64,000 nucleotides of DNA from Alphaproteobacteria bacterium (lineage in GTDB: Bacteria; Pseudomonadota; Alphaproteobacteria; GCA-2746255), in NCBI GenBank assembly GCA_965249135.1, contig OZ252220.1, forward strand, positions 2,054,283 through 2,118,282, read 5' to 3'. Below the pieces are notes generated by a model. That model searched no databases. It saw only the letters and a list, made by a program, of their open reading frames with translations, and was not told the origin of the DNA. Below are positions 55,261-64,000 of this stretch, piece by piece (within the stretch, counting starts at the first letter, position 1; every line of letters begins with the position of its first letter). The position numbers were made by a program, and so were the translations under genes.

Positions 55261-55838
55261 TCAGCCGGCCACGCGGTAGACGCGCGCGCCGCCGTCGACC
55301 TTCTCGGAAGCGATGGCGAGGCCGAGCTTCTTCTTGAGCGCTCCGGCGAAGGCGCCACGCACGGTGTGGCGCTGCCAGCCGGTGGCCTCCATGATCTGAT
55401 CGACAGTCGCGCCTTCGGGCCGGCGCAGCATCTCGACCACGAGAGCCTGCTTGGTGCCGGTGCGGGCCTTGCGTGGCGCGTTCGCGCCGTTACGGCCGGT
55501 GGCGGCCTTCTTCGCCTTGGCCGGGGTGTGTCTGCCGCCGGTTCGGTCTCCTGGCCACCGTCGGCCGCCTGTGCGCCGGTGTCGGCGAGGTGCGGGCAGT
55601 CGGCCGGCTCGACGTTGATGGCGAGCGCGCCGTCTGCCGTGATGGCGAAGTAGGGGTCTCGCCGGCCGGACCAGTCCTCGCGGCCCGGCGCCTCGGCGAT
55701 CAGGCCCTTGCGCAGGAGCGCGCCGGTGACCTTGGCAACGGCCCCGCCCTTGAGCGTCTTGGGCAATGGGTGGATCGAGCCGTCCTCGCGCCCGGCGGCG
55801 GCGGACAGAATGACCATCTGGATGTCGGTGAGTTTCAT
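55261..55838 (-). pseudogene. DUF3489 protein, frameshifted near 55530
   Basis: MKLTDIQMVILSAAA N-terminus and GTKQALVVEMLRRPEGAT..TGWQRHTVRG C-terminus are in different frames. Confidence 0.75.
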
Positions 55839-55940
55839 CGTTCCCTCCTTCGGGTGAGCGCGCCGCGGCCATCGCGGCGCTGCTACCGCCCGAAGCCCCG
55901 CTGGAGCGCCTCCGAGCGCGGCCAAGGACGGTGAACCCGC

Positions 55941-56381
55941 CTATTCGGCGGTCTTGATCTTGTCGAGGATGCCGGCGGCGCGGCGCAGATCGGCGAGGTG
56001 CTTGTTGAGGGTGCCGACGTGGCCCCAATCGACCCGCTCGGGGTCGACGTCGAAGTGATCGTCGCTCTTGTCCTTGAGCCGTTCGAGCAGGTCGTCGAAC
56101 TCGAGCTTGGCGGCGATGAAGGCCTCGACGGCGATCGGTTTCGCGGCCGTCGCGCGTTCATCCGGACCGGCATGGAGCGCCTTGAGGCCCTGGTAGCTGA
56201 TGCGCAGGAAGGGCTCGAAGCCGGGGCGCTCGTCGGGCGCCTGCTCGACCAGCTCCCGCGAGACCAGGCGGCCGACCAGGAGGTCGGCATCGAGACCCTC
56301 GGGGAGAGGGTGGATGCGTCCGTCCGGGCGCTTCGCGGCCGCGGCGAGCGCGGCGCGGCCGCTGTCGGTGAGTGGCTGCAT
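55941..56381 (-). CDS. phage hypothetical protein
   Basis: AFIAAK.EFDDLLERL..DDHFDVDPERVDWGHVGTL; GGAGG RBS. Confidence 0.6.
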   Translation of the reverse strand: MQPLTDSGRAALAAAAKRPDGRIHPLPEGLDADLLVGRLVSRELVEQAPDERPGFEPFLRISYQGLKALHAGPDERATAAKPIAVEAFIAAKLEFDDLLERLKDKSDDHFDVDPERVDWGHVGTLNKHLADLRRAAGILDKIKTAE

Positions 56382-56485
56382 GATTGGTCTCCTCCGTTGA
56401 TTGGGAGGTCATACATGCTTCGACCCGGGGACATAGCAAGCGATTAAGTCAATGATTCAGATGCACTTTTCGAGGTTCCACGGGC

Positions 56486-57064
56486 ATGGGCGTATCGCTG
56501 CGGGAATACGCGCGCCGGCGCGGTGTGAGCCATGTCGCGGTGATGAAGGCGATCCGCGCGGGCCGGCTCACGCCCGAGCCCGACGGCACCCTCAATCCGG
56601 CCAAGGCCGACGCCCAATGGGACACTCGAACCGATCCGGCGCGCCGGCCCGAGCCGCCCGAGGACGAGCCTGCACAAGCTGACGAGACGCCGCGGACCTC
56701 CGATCCGGACAAGCCGGGCGACGTGGCTGCCGCGACGCGGCCGGCCGCCACAATCGAACCCGCCCCGCAAGGGGCCGCCACCTTCACCCAGGCGCGCACG
56801 GCGCACGAGATCGCCAAGGCGCAGCGGGCGCGCATTCAGGTGCAGCGGCTGCGCGAGGAGGTGGTCGACCGGGCGCAGGCGACGGCGGAGGTGTTCCGCC
56901 TGGCGCGCCGCGAGCGCGACGCCTGGGTCAACTGGCCGGCCCGCGTCGCCGCCCTGATGGCGGCCGAGCTCGGCCTCGAGCCCCATACCATGCAGAAGGT
57001 CCTGGAGGGTCATGTCCGAGATCACCTCAACGAGCTCGCCGAGATCCGGCCCGAGTTCCGCTGA
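56486..57064 (+). CDS. terminase small subunit (Nu1-like)
   Basis: MGVSLREYARRRGVSHVAVMKAI HTH, ERDAWVNWPAR; upstream of GpA. Confidence 0.8.
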   Translation: MGVSLREYARRRGVSHVAVMKAIRAGRLTPEPDGTLNPAKADAQWDTRTDPARRPEPPEDEPAQADETPRTSDPDKPGDVAAATRPAATIEPAPQGAATFTQARTAHEIAKAQRARIQVQRLREEVVDRAQATAEVFRLARRERDAWVNWPARVAALMAAELGLEPHTMQKVLEGHVRDHLNELAEIRPEFR

Positions 57065-59000
57065 GCCCTTCGCCGGCATGGACGACATCGTCCGTGCCTG
57101 GCGCGACGGTCTGACACCGGACCCGCTGCTCACCGTCTCGGAATGGTCGGAGAAGCACCGCATGCTGGCGGCGCGGGCCTCGGCCGAGCCCGGCCGCTAC
57201 CGCATCGCGCGCACGCCCTACATGCGGGCCATCATGGACGCACTGTCGCCGGCCGATCCCTGCCGGCGGGTGGTGTTCACGAAGGCGGCACAGGTCGGAG
57301 CCACAGAGGGGGCCAATTGCTTCATCGGCTTCGTCATCCACCAGGCGCCGGGGCCGATGCTGGCGGTCCAGCCGACGGTGGAGCTCGCGAAACGGAACTC
57401 GCGCCAGCGCATCGATCCGCTGATCGAGGAGAGCGCGGCGCTAAGGGGCCTGGTGAGGCCGGCGCGGTCGAGGGATTCCGGCAACACCATGCTGTCGAAG
57501 GAGTTCGCCGGCGGCATATTGATCATGACCGGCGCCAACTCGGCCGTCGGTCTGCGTTCGATCCCGGCGCGCTACATCCTGTTGGACGAGGTCGACGCCT
57601 ATCCGGCCTCGGCCGACGAGGAAGGCGATCCGGTGACGCTGGCCGAGGCGCGCTCACTCACCTTCGCGCACCGGCGCAAGGTGCTGCTGATCTCGACGCC
57701 GGCTGTCCGCGGCTTCTCGCGCATCGAGCGCGAATTCGACGCCTCGGACCAACGGCGCTACTTCGTGCCATGCCCCCATTGCGGGCACGCACAGGTGCTC
57801 GTCTTCGAGCGGCTCAAGTGGGACACGGGCAAGCCCGAGACGGCGGCCTACCACTGCGCATCCTGCGAGACGCCGATCGCCGAGCACCACAAGACGGCGA
57901 TGCTGGCGGCCGGTGTTTGGCGGGCCACGGGAACGGCGGCCAATCCGTCGACCATCGGGTTCCACCTGTCGGCGCTCTATTCGCCGGTCGGCTGGCTTTC
58001 GTGGGAGGCCATCGCCCGCGCCTGGGTGGTGGCACAGGGCTCGGATGAAGCGATCCGCGCCTTCCGCAACACCATCCTCGGCGAGACCTGGGTCGAGAGC
58101 GGCGAGGCGCCGGCCTGGAAGCGGCTCTACGACCGCCGGGAGCGCTGGGCGCCGGGCACGGTGCCCGCCGGCGGACTGTTCCTGACCGCCGGCGCCGATA
58201 TCCAGAAGGACCGCATCGAGGTCGACGTCTGGGCCTGGGGCCGGGGCCTGGAGAGCTGGCTGATCGACCACATCGTCATCGAGGGCGGGCCCGAGCGGGC
58301 CGAGCCGTGGGCCGCGCTCGACCGGCTGCTCTCACAGGTCTGGCCCCATGAGAACGGCGCCGTGCTGGCGCTCGCAAAGCTCGCCATTGACACCGGATAC
58401 GAGCCGACCGCGGTCTATGGCTGGGCGCGGCGCGCCGGCGTCGCGCAAGTGGCGCCGGTCAAAGGCACCGACGGCTTCAACCGGTCGAGCCCGGTTTCCG
58501 GTCCGACCTATGTGGACGCGTCCGACGGCGGCAGGCGGCTGCGCCGTGGCGCGCGGCTCTGGACCGTGGCCGTGTCGACCTTCAAGGCCGAGACCTACCG
58601 GTTCCTGAGGCTGGAACGGCCGACCGACGAGGAGCGCGCCGAAGGCAAACCGTATCCGCCCGGCAGCGTGCATTTGCCGCACTGGGTCGAGGACGAGTGG
58701 CTCAAGCAGTTCGTCGCCGAGCAGCTGGTCACGGTGCGCACGCGCCGCGGCTTCGCCCGGCTCGAATGGCGGAAGCTGCGCGAGCGCAACGAGGCGCTCG
58801 ATTGCCGGGTCTATGCCCGGGCCGCCGCCTGGATCGCCGGCGCCGACCGCTTCCCGGAACGCCGCTGGCGGCGCATGGAAGCGGCATTGGCCCGCAACAC
58901 GGGTCCCGAACGGGCCGGCACGAAGGACGCGGCGGCGCCGGATGCCGGCTCCCGGCCGGCGGGGCGCCGGCGCGTGACCCGCAGCAAGTGGATGGGCTGA
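57012..59000 (+). CDS. phage terminase large subunit (lambda GpA family)
   Basis: RTPY, KAAQVGAT, LLDEVD, YFVPCPHC, NTILGE, DIQKDR, IDTG, RNEALDC. Confidence 0.93.
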   Translation: MSEITSTSSPRSGPSSAEPFAGMDDIVRAWRDGLTPDPLLTVSEWSEKHRMLAARASAEPGRYRIARTPYMRAIMDALSPADPCRRVVFTKAAQVGATEGANCFIGFVIHQAPGPMLAVQPTVELAKRNSRQRIDPLIEESAALRGLVRPARSRDSGNTMLSKEFAGGILIMTGANSAVGLRSIPARYILLDEVDAYPASADEEGDPVTLAEARSLTFAHRRKVLLISTPAVRGFSRIEREFDASDQRRYFVPCPHCGHAQVLVFERLKWDTGKPETAAYHCASCETPIAEHHKTAMLAAGVWRATGTAANPSTIGFHLSALYSPVGWLSWEAIARAWVVAQGSDEAIRAFRNTILGETWVESGEAPAWKRLYDRRERWAPGTVPAGGLFLTAGADIQKDRIEVDVWAWGRGLESWLIDHIVIEGGPERAEPWAALDRLLSQVWPHENGAVLALAKLAIDTGYEPTAVYGWARRAGVAQVAPVKGTDGFNRSSPVSGPTYVDASDGGRRLRRGARLWTVAVSTFKAETYRFLRLERPTDEERAEGKPYPPGSVHLPHWVEDEWLKQFVAEQLVTVRTRRGFARLEWRKLRERNEALDCRVYARAAAWIAGADRFPERRWRRMEAALARNTGPERAGTKDAAAPDAGSRPAGRRRVTRSKWMG

Positions 59001-59003
59001 GAC

Positions 59004-59446
59004 ATGGCGGACATGACCTACACCGAAGATCAGGTGCGGGCGCTGCGCGAGGCGCTGACCTCGGGCGTGCTGACCGTCAGTTATGACGGCAAGAGCGTGA
59101 CCTACCGCTCGGTGGACGAGATCAAGACAGCGCTCGCCGAGATCGAGGCCGCCGCCGTCCATGAGCTCCGCACCCTGCTGCGCGCGCCGGAGGTCGTCGT
59201 CGCCACCTGGCGCGCGGCCCGGGAACGGGACGGCGCGCTCACCGAGACCGAGGTTCGCGATGCCCTGCAGGATCTCGTCCGCTGTGGGAGGAGCTGTTCC
59301 CCGCCGAGCAGGCCCGCCTGGTCCAGCTCCTCGTCCGGCGCGTCGAGGTCCACCCGGAGGGGTTGAAGCTGCATCTCCGCGTCGACGGGCTCCGCAGCCC
59401 GGTCGCCGACATGCGAGCGGAACAGGACCAGAGGAGGGCCGCCTGA
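59004..59446 (+). pseudogene. chimeric remnant: gpW head-tail joining protein fused to the C-terminus of a large serine recombinase
   Basis: ALREALTSGVLTVSYDGKSVTYRS (gpW) runs into EIEAAAVHELRTLLRAPEVVVATWRAA..LWEELFPAEQARLVQLLV (frameshift near 59280). Confidence 0.75.
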
Positions 59447-59851
59447 TGACCGAGGCCCGGTTGAGCGACGACGGCGCCACCCTTACCGTCTGGATCCCCA
59501 TGGCCTTCACGCTCCGGGGCGGGCGCAGGCTGGCGGTCTCGCCCGACGGCGCGCCGGCCTGGGCCGGGCCTTCGAGCGGGGTCGGATACCCTGGTCAAGG
59601 CGCTGGCCCGCGCCTTCCGCTGGCGCAGGCTCCTGGAGACCGGCGTCCACGGCACCGTCGACGAGATCGCCCGCGCCGAGGGGATCAACGACTCCTGCGT
59701 GAGCCGCATCCTGCGCCTCGCCCTGCCCGCCCCCGACAGGGTCGGGACCATCCTCGACGGACGGCAGCCGCCCGCGTTCACCCTGGTGCGGCTGATGAAG
59801 CCGTTTCCGGTGGAATGGGAACGGCAGCGCGGGTGGATTCAGGACTGGTGA
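59446..59851 (+). pseudogene. recombinase-associated conserved protein, frameshifted near 59580
   Basis: LTVWIPMAF..RGGRR, then LVKALARAFRWRRLLETG..VSRILRL..ILDGRQP..FPVEW in another frame. Confidence 0.7.
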
Positions 59852-59963
59852 CGCTGCTCCGCCGCTTTGCCTGGGTGAGATAGAAGCGGAGCGTCAGGAA
59901 TGCGGCGATTACAACGCGAGCAATCTCAGGCGCTTCCGGCATGACCGGGTCTGGCGGTCCGGT

Positions 59964-62621
59964 CTAGAACGTCACCCTGAGGCCGGCATTGAAGCCATGA
60001 GCGGCGGCCCCGTCGCCATACCGGCCCTTGTAGGCCAGCCCGAGAAAGGCATTGGCCGAAAGGCCGGCCTCGACGCCGAACTCGGTGACCAGGGAATCCT
60101 CGGCGGTCGGAGCGCCGGTGACCGTGAAGGCGGTGGTGCTGCCCCGCAGCGTGGCGGTCGACGACGGGTCGGTGTCGCCGAAGGCATACCGCCAGCCCGC
60201 CATGCCGCGGAGATGGATCATGTCATCCACCTCTATCGCGCCGCGCAGACCGAGCGTCGTGAACGTCGTGTTGTTGGTATCCGACGAGGCCGCCAGGGCC
60301 GCATCGCCGCCGCTTTCGCTGAAGCCGTCCGTGGCGAGATTGGTATGGGACACGCCGGCAAAAGGCTCCAGCATCAACGCGCCGGCCTGCACCTCGTATC
60401 CGGCTTCGGCAAAGAGCTGCCAGCTCCTGGCGTCGTAGCCGGCCGACAGGCGCTCCGGGGAATAGTTGGTGAAGCTGACCGTCCGGCTGGTGTCCACGGC
60501 GTGCCAGTTATGGATCGCTCCGAAGCCGAGACCCCAAGCGCCGGCCTCGGCGCCGCCATAAAGACCGGCGGACCATGTGTCGACCGAAGCAGAGGACAAC
60601 CGCGCACGCTGGCTCACATCCGTCCGGCTGTAGCCGCCGAGGACACCGAGGCGCCAGTGGTCGCCCAACGCACGGTCGGCGCCGAACAGGACGCCGCGCA
60701 GGTCCGTCTCCATCCGCGCCGTGCCCGTGCCGGGCGTGGCATCGGTCTCGCCCCAGGCACCGTAGCCGGTGATCCACGAGCCGCTATCGCGGTCGGCCAG
60801 CGACGACGGATTGCCGAAGGCCGCCGTCGATGTCCGTGCGTCCGATGTCTGTGCGTCCGATGTCTGTGCGTCCGATGTCTGTGCGCCGGGATCGCCGAAG
60901 CGCCCGTTCATGCGGCTTTTGACGGCCGCGACCTGTCTTTGGCCCGTGTCCATCAACGCCCCCTTGAGGGACGCATGCGCCTCGCCCGAAAGCGCATCGG
61001 AGGCGGCCCGTACTTCCTCCGCCGTGTTCAGGCCCAGAATAGCCTGTGTGATTGAGTTGTCTTCTTCCAGGCTGTCGAGTTCCAGGCTGTCGAGGGCGTT
61101 GGCCGCCGCCCGCTGGTTGGCCGATCCGGTAACACCGGTAACCTCGACGATAGTGATGCTGTTTCTTGTGACAGCCAATTCCACATAGTCGGCCCCGTCG
61201 CCGACGTCGCCGTCGTCGAGATAGTCCAGCTCATAGTCCATGAACAATGAGCCGCCGATGACTTCATCGAATTTGTCTTTGATGGTGGAAATGCGATCGG
61301 CGTCAAGGATCGTATAGGTGCCCTCATAAGCGCCCACGACTCTCACCGTGCCGCCAAGGCGGGCTAAGCCGGTGACGGTGAGCAGGTCGCTACTACCGTT
61401 CGGGCCGGTCGTGACGGTAAAAGTGCTGCCTTGCTCGCCCAAGAAAATGCCCGTCAGAGCGGTCTCCTGCACGGCGCTCGCACCGCCCGGCGACAAATCG
61501 CCCCAATTGGTGAAGCGATTGTTGAGACTGAGAATCACCGCGGTGCCGGAATTGAACGTTGCGCCCGCCATGTTGTTGAAGGAATTGGCCCCTGCACCCA
61601 GATCGATGGTGCCGGGGGCCGTCAACGTGCCCCAATTGTCGATTGTCTCGTCGCCGGAGCCCCCCACCACGTCATATGTTGCGCCGGAGATCGTCACCGC
61701 ATTATTGATCGTCAGGGTATTGAACACACCAGTACCGGTTGGACCGCCAACAAATTCGATACCATTGGCGGCGGCGTCGATGATCCCGCCATGCAGCGTG
61801 ATGCCGATGTTGCCGGTATCGGCCCTTGCAAAGATCCCTTTGCCGCCGATGCCCTTGACCGTGATATCGCCCGTCACGTCAACCGTAACAGTGTCACCAG
61901 CGTCCCTATCATCGGCCTGTGCATAGATCCCCGAGCTGTTACCGCCTGAGACGGTGATATTGCCGTCCATCATAACCTTAACGCGGTCAGTTGCGGACAA
62001 TGCATAGATCCCTTGGTTGTCCCCGCCCTCTGCCACAATCTTGCCTGTCATTTCAACCGTTACAACGCCGCCGTCATCCTCATTGCCGCCATCCGAAACT
62101 GCAGAGATCCCTTCGCTGAATTGGCCCGAGGTGGTGATAACACCCGTCACTCTAACTGTAACGACGCCGTCCAAAGCAGAACTGGCCGCGATCCCTCCGC
62201 AGTCGCGGCAACCATCCGTGGTGGCGATGCGGAAGTCGCCGGTATCGATGGTGACGTCGATATCGCCTCCGGAAGTAAACTCGACCGCCCCTATCGATTG
62301 TCCTTCCTTCAGGACGATATCGTCGGTCAGATCTATAACGATGAGCTTGGTGTAGGTGCCGCTTCCACCATCGACATCCACACGAGGCGACAGGTCGCCG
62401 GTACAGGTCACTGTCGTGCCGCTGACGGCGCACTCCGGGGATCCCGGTGTGAACGATTGCGCCTGCGCAGCGAGCCCGCCGCCGAAGAGCATTACGGCCG
62501 CGGCAGCCCACGGCAAAAGCGCACGGCACACCGTGCGGAAACACGAGACGGTCACGGCACCGCCGGCGCCGCGGCCTTCGCGGTCGGCCTCAGGGTTCAT
62601 CGCGCAACGCGCATTTCGCAT
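59964..62621 (-). CDS. autotransporter (beta-helix-like passenger plus autotransporter barrel)
   Basis: Signal peptide ..AAQAQ, G/I/T-rich repeats, DALSGEAHAS linker, barrel ending LRVTF. Confidence 0.88.
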   Translation of the reverse strand: MRNARCAMNPEADREGRGAGGAVTVSCFRTVCRALLPWAAAAVMLFGGGLAAQAQSFTPGSPECAVSGTTVTCTGDLSPRVDVDGGSGTYTKLIVIDLTDDIVLKEGQSIGAVEFTSGGDIDVTIDTGDFRIATTDGCRDCGGIAASSALDGVVTVRVTGVITTSGQFSEGISAVSDGGNEDDGGVVTVEMTGKIVAEGGDNQGIYALSATDRVKVMMDGNITVSGGNSSGIYAQADDRDAGDTVTVDVTGDITVKGIGGKGIFARADTGNIGITLHGGIIDAAANGIEFVGGPTGTGVFNTLTINNAVTISGATYDVVGGSGDETIDNWGTLTAPGTIDLGAGANSFNNMAGATFNSGTAVILSLNNRFTNWGDLSPGGASAVQETALTGIFLGEQGSTFTVTTGPNGSSDLLTVTGLARLGGTVRVVGAYEGTYTILDADRISTIKDKFDEVIGGSLFMDYELDYLDDGDVGDGADYVELAVTRNSITIVEVTGVTGSANQRAAANALDSLELDSLEEDNSITQAILGLNTAEEVRAASDALSGEAHASLKGALMDTGQRQVAAVKSRMNGRFGDPGAQTSDAQTSDAQTSDARTSTAAFGNPSSLADRDSGSWITGYGAWGETDATPGTGTARMETDLRGVLFGADRALGDHWRLGVLGGYSRTDVSQRARLSSASVDTWSAGLYGGAEAGAWGLGFGAIHNWHAVDTSRTVSFTNYSPERLSAGYDARSWQLFAEAGYEVQAGALMLEPFAGVSHTNLATDGFSESGGDAALAASSDTNNTTFTTLGLRGAIEVDDMIHLRGMAGWRYAFGDTDPSSTATLRGSTTAFTVTGAPTAEDSLVTEFGVEAGLSANAFLGLAYKGRYGDGAAAHGFNAGLRVTF
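60828..60885. repeat. 15-bp tandem repeat (about 4 copies, encoding AQTSD) in the autotransporter linker
   Basis: TCCGATGTCTGTGCG three times plus one variant copy. Confidence 0.85.
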
Positions 62622-62895
62622 GAGAGACTCATCAGCAACACACTACCCTCGTGCCGCGGCTGACACGTCGCGGACCCGCTTAACTCCACCCGGCAGCAAC
62701 CTAATGATCTCTTTTTCCTCCTGCAAGCGGTAAGGTCCAGCCGCCCGATGGCCCCGGCCATGTGTTCTCGAACGGCGTCGAGCGCCGGCGGCGGCGCTCC
62801 ACACGGCAGGCCCGGACGGTTCCAATAATCGCCTGGAGAGCGGGGACGGCGGGTCGGAACGCGCCGCGCCGCGCGACCGCAACCGGTCTCGGGCG

Positions 62896-64000
62896 CTACC
62901 AGCTTACCTGCATGCGCAGCATCATCCCGTGTTCCGCGGCCGCATCGTTGACCGGTTCCAGGCGCTCGCCCTCGAGGCTGAGGCTGAGCGATGACCCGAT
63001 CTCGAAGCGGCCGCCGATCCGGTAGCGTTGTGACCCTTCGCCGGCCAGCGAGAACCCGCCATAGGGCGTCAGCAGCCCGCGTCCGCCGAACGCGCCGAAG
63101 CCATAGCCGAACTCGCTGTCCAGCCGCATCTGCGGGACGTTCTCATTGGCCGCCCCATCGTCGGTCGCCAGTTCGGCGACGTCCTGATCCCACAGCCGAT
63201 CCACCCCGCTCGATGTCTCGCCCCAGGCCGGGAAGAGGCTGAACGACAGTCCCCGCCCTTCGGCACCCGGGTCGAGGCGGAGCGAGCCGCCGAGACCCCA
63301 TTCCCGGTAATCGCTCTGCCCCGCCAGCACCCGGCCGTTGCCCTCGATGGTCAGGCCCGCGGCCGGGTCGCGATAACGCAAGCTGCCGCCGATCTCGATG
63401 CCGGTGCCGGTGATCCCGCCGCCCCCGTCATGGCGCAGACTCAGCTCCAGGGACGGCGTCAGGGAGGAGCCCGAGGCCAGCGCCTGCTCGTGGCTGCCCT
63501 CCAGCGCCAGGCGCAGGCGGTTGGCGTTCACCGTCTGCTCCTCGATCAGGCCGCCGTTGCCCTCGACCTCGACTTGCGCAACCGACGCCTCGCCCTTGAG
63601 ACGCAGGTTCGTCGTGCCGCCCTCGATCAGCGACCCATCGGTGATCAGCGTGCCGCGCGCGCCCATTGCCGCGGTCTTCAAGCTGGTATCGCTCGTCTGC
63701 CGGCCGGCCTGCTCGTCGTCGATCTCGATCTCGCCCTGGCCGTAGCCCAGCGTCGCCCAGAGACCGAGACCCTGCGGCGAGGTCCAGCCGAGATAGGGAT
63801 GCACGCTGGTCATGCGGCTCTCATAGCCGCCGCTCACCGGCACCGGCCCGGCCGCGTCGGTATAGTCGAAGTCGCCGATCGAGCGCGACAGCGCGAGCCC
63901 GGTCAGGAGATCCTTGCGCAGACAGCCGTCAATGCCGAACTGGCCGGTCAACACCGTGCCGTCCCAGGCGAAGGCGGACTCCGTGCTTTCGAGCGCCTGC
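62896..64000 (-). CDS. 3' part of a third autotransporter-type protein (5' end outside window)
   Basis: Beta-domain matches that of 28856-31915 except the last five codons (MQVSW vs GQMRF). Confidence 0.85.
   Translation of the reverse strand, partial: QALESTESAFAWDGTVLTGQFGIDGCLRKDLLTGLALSRSIGDFDYTDAAGPVPVSGGYESRMTSVHPYLGWTSPQGLGLWATLGYGQGEIEIDDEQAGRQTSDTSLKTAAMGARGTLITDGSLIEGGTTNLRLKGEASVAQVEVEGNGGLIEEQTVNANRLRLALEGSHEQALASGSSLTPSLELSLRHDGGGGITGTGIEIGGSLRYRDPAAGLTIEGNGRVLAGQSDYREWGLGGSLRLDPGAEGRGLSFSLFPAWGETSSGVDRLWDQDVAELATDDGAANENVPQMRLDSEFGYGFGAFGGRGLLTPYGGFSLAGEGSQRYRIGGRFEIGSSLSLSLEGERLEPVNDAAAEHGMMLRMQVSW
62914..64000. repeat. direct repeat copy 2, matches 28874-29960 and extends past the window edge
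   Basis: Seen directly. Confidence 0.93.

Larger units (their letters stand above)
32991..59851 (+). mobile_element. defective lambdoid prophage (GpA terminase, serine recombinase type)
   Basis: Gene order: xis-like HTH, AAA, SSB-like, helicase, nuclease, primase, RuvC-like, MTase, terminase, gpW, recombinase remnant; boundaries uncertain. Confidence 0.85.

Noticed and set aside
29390-61055. Long antisense or alternate-frame ORFs (e.g. 29390-31264, 32961-35033, 38758-40524, 45262-46845, 48953-50143)
   Set aside because: Shadow ORFs of real genes in high-GC DNA with no recognisable motifs.

Overview
Alphaproteobacterial (Rhodospirillales-like) chromosome window with three parts. (1) Positions 1-22.8 kb are ordinary core genome: ethylmalonyl-CoA genes (mcd-like start, ccr, ecm), a BioC-like methyltransferase, comF, a nitrilase-family hydrolase, ubiG, lysC, ptsP, rodZ, ispG, hisS, prfA, prmC, DUF4167, clpB and an M23 peptidase. 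(2) Positions 23.2-28.7 kb hold a complete rrn operon (16S, tRNA-Ile, tRNA-Ala, 23S, 5S, tRNA-fMet). (3) From 28.7 kb to the end is a visibly more GC-rich accessory island starting right after tRNA-fMet. It contains three autotransporter-type surface proteins. Two of these share a beta-domain that reads identical over at least 1,087 bp, as direct repeats 34,040 bp apart. Between the repeats lies a decayed lambdoid (GpA-terminase) prophage. It keeps an iteron-like origin, a lambda-like cos region and both terminase genes, but its head, tail and lysis block appears deleted, with gpW fused to the tail of a serine recombinase. The most novel candidate is an intact three-gene operon where the prophage regulator normally sits: an SMC/ABC-like coiled-coil ATPase, a soluble HEAT-repeat histidine kinase and a response regulator. 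It is preceded by an alphaproteobacterial LexA box and followed by an 11-bp-phased repeat array in front of the early phage operon. All family assignments come from motif recognition, not database searches.
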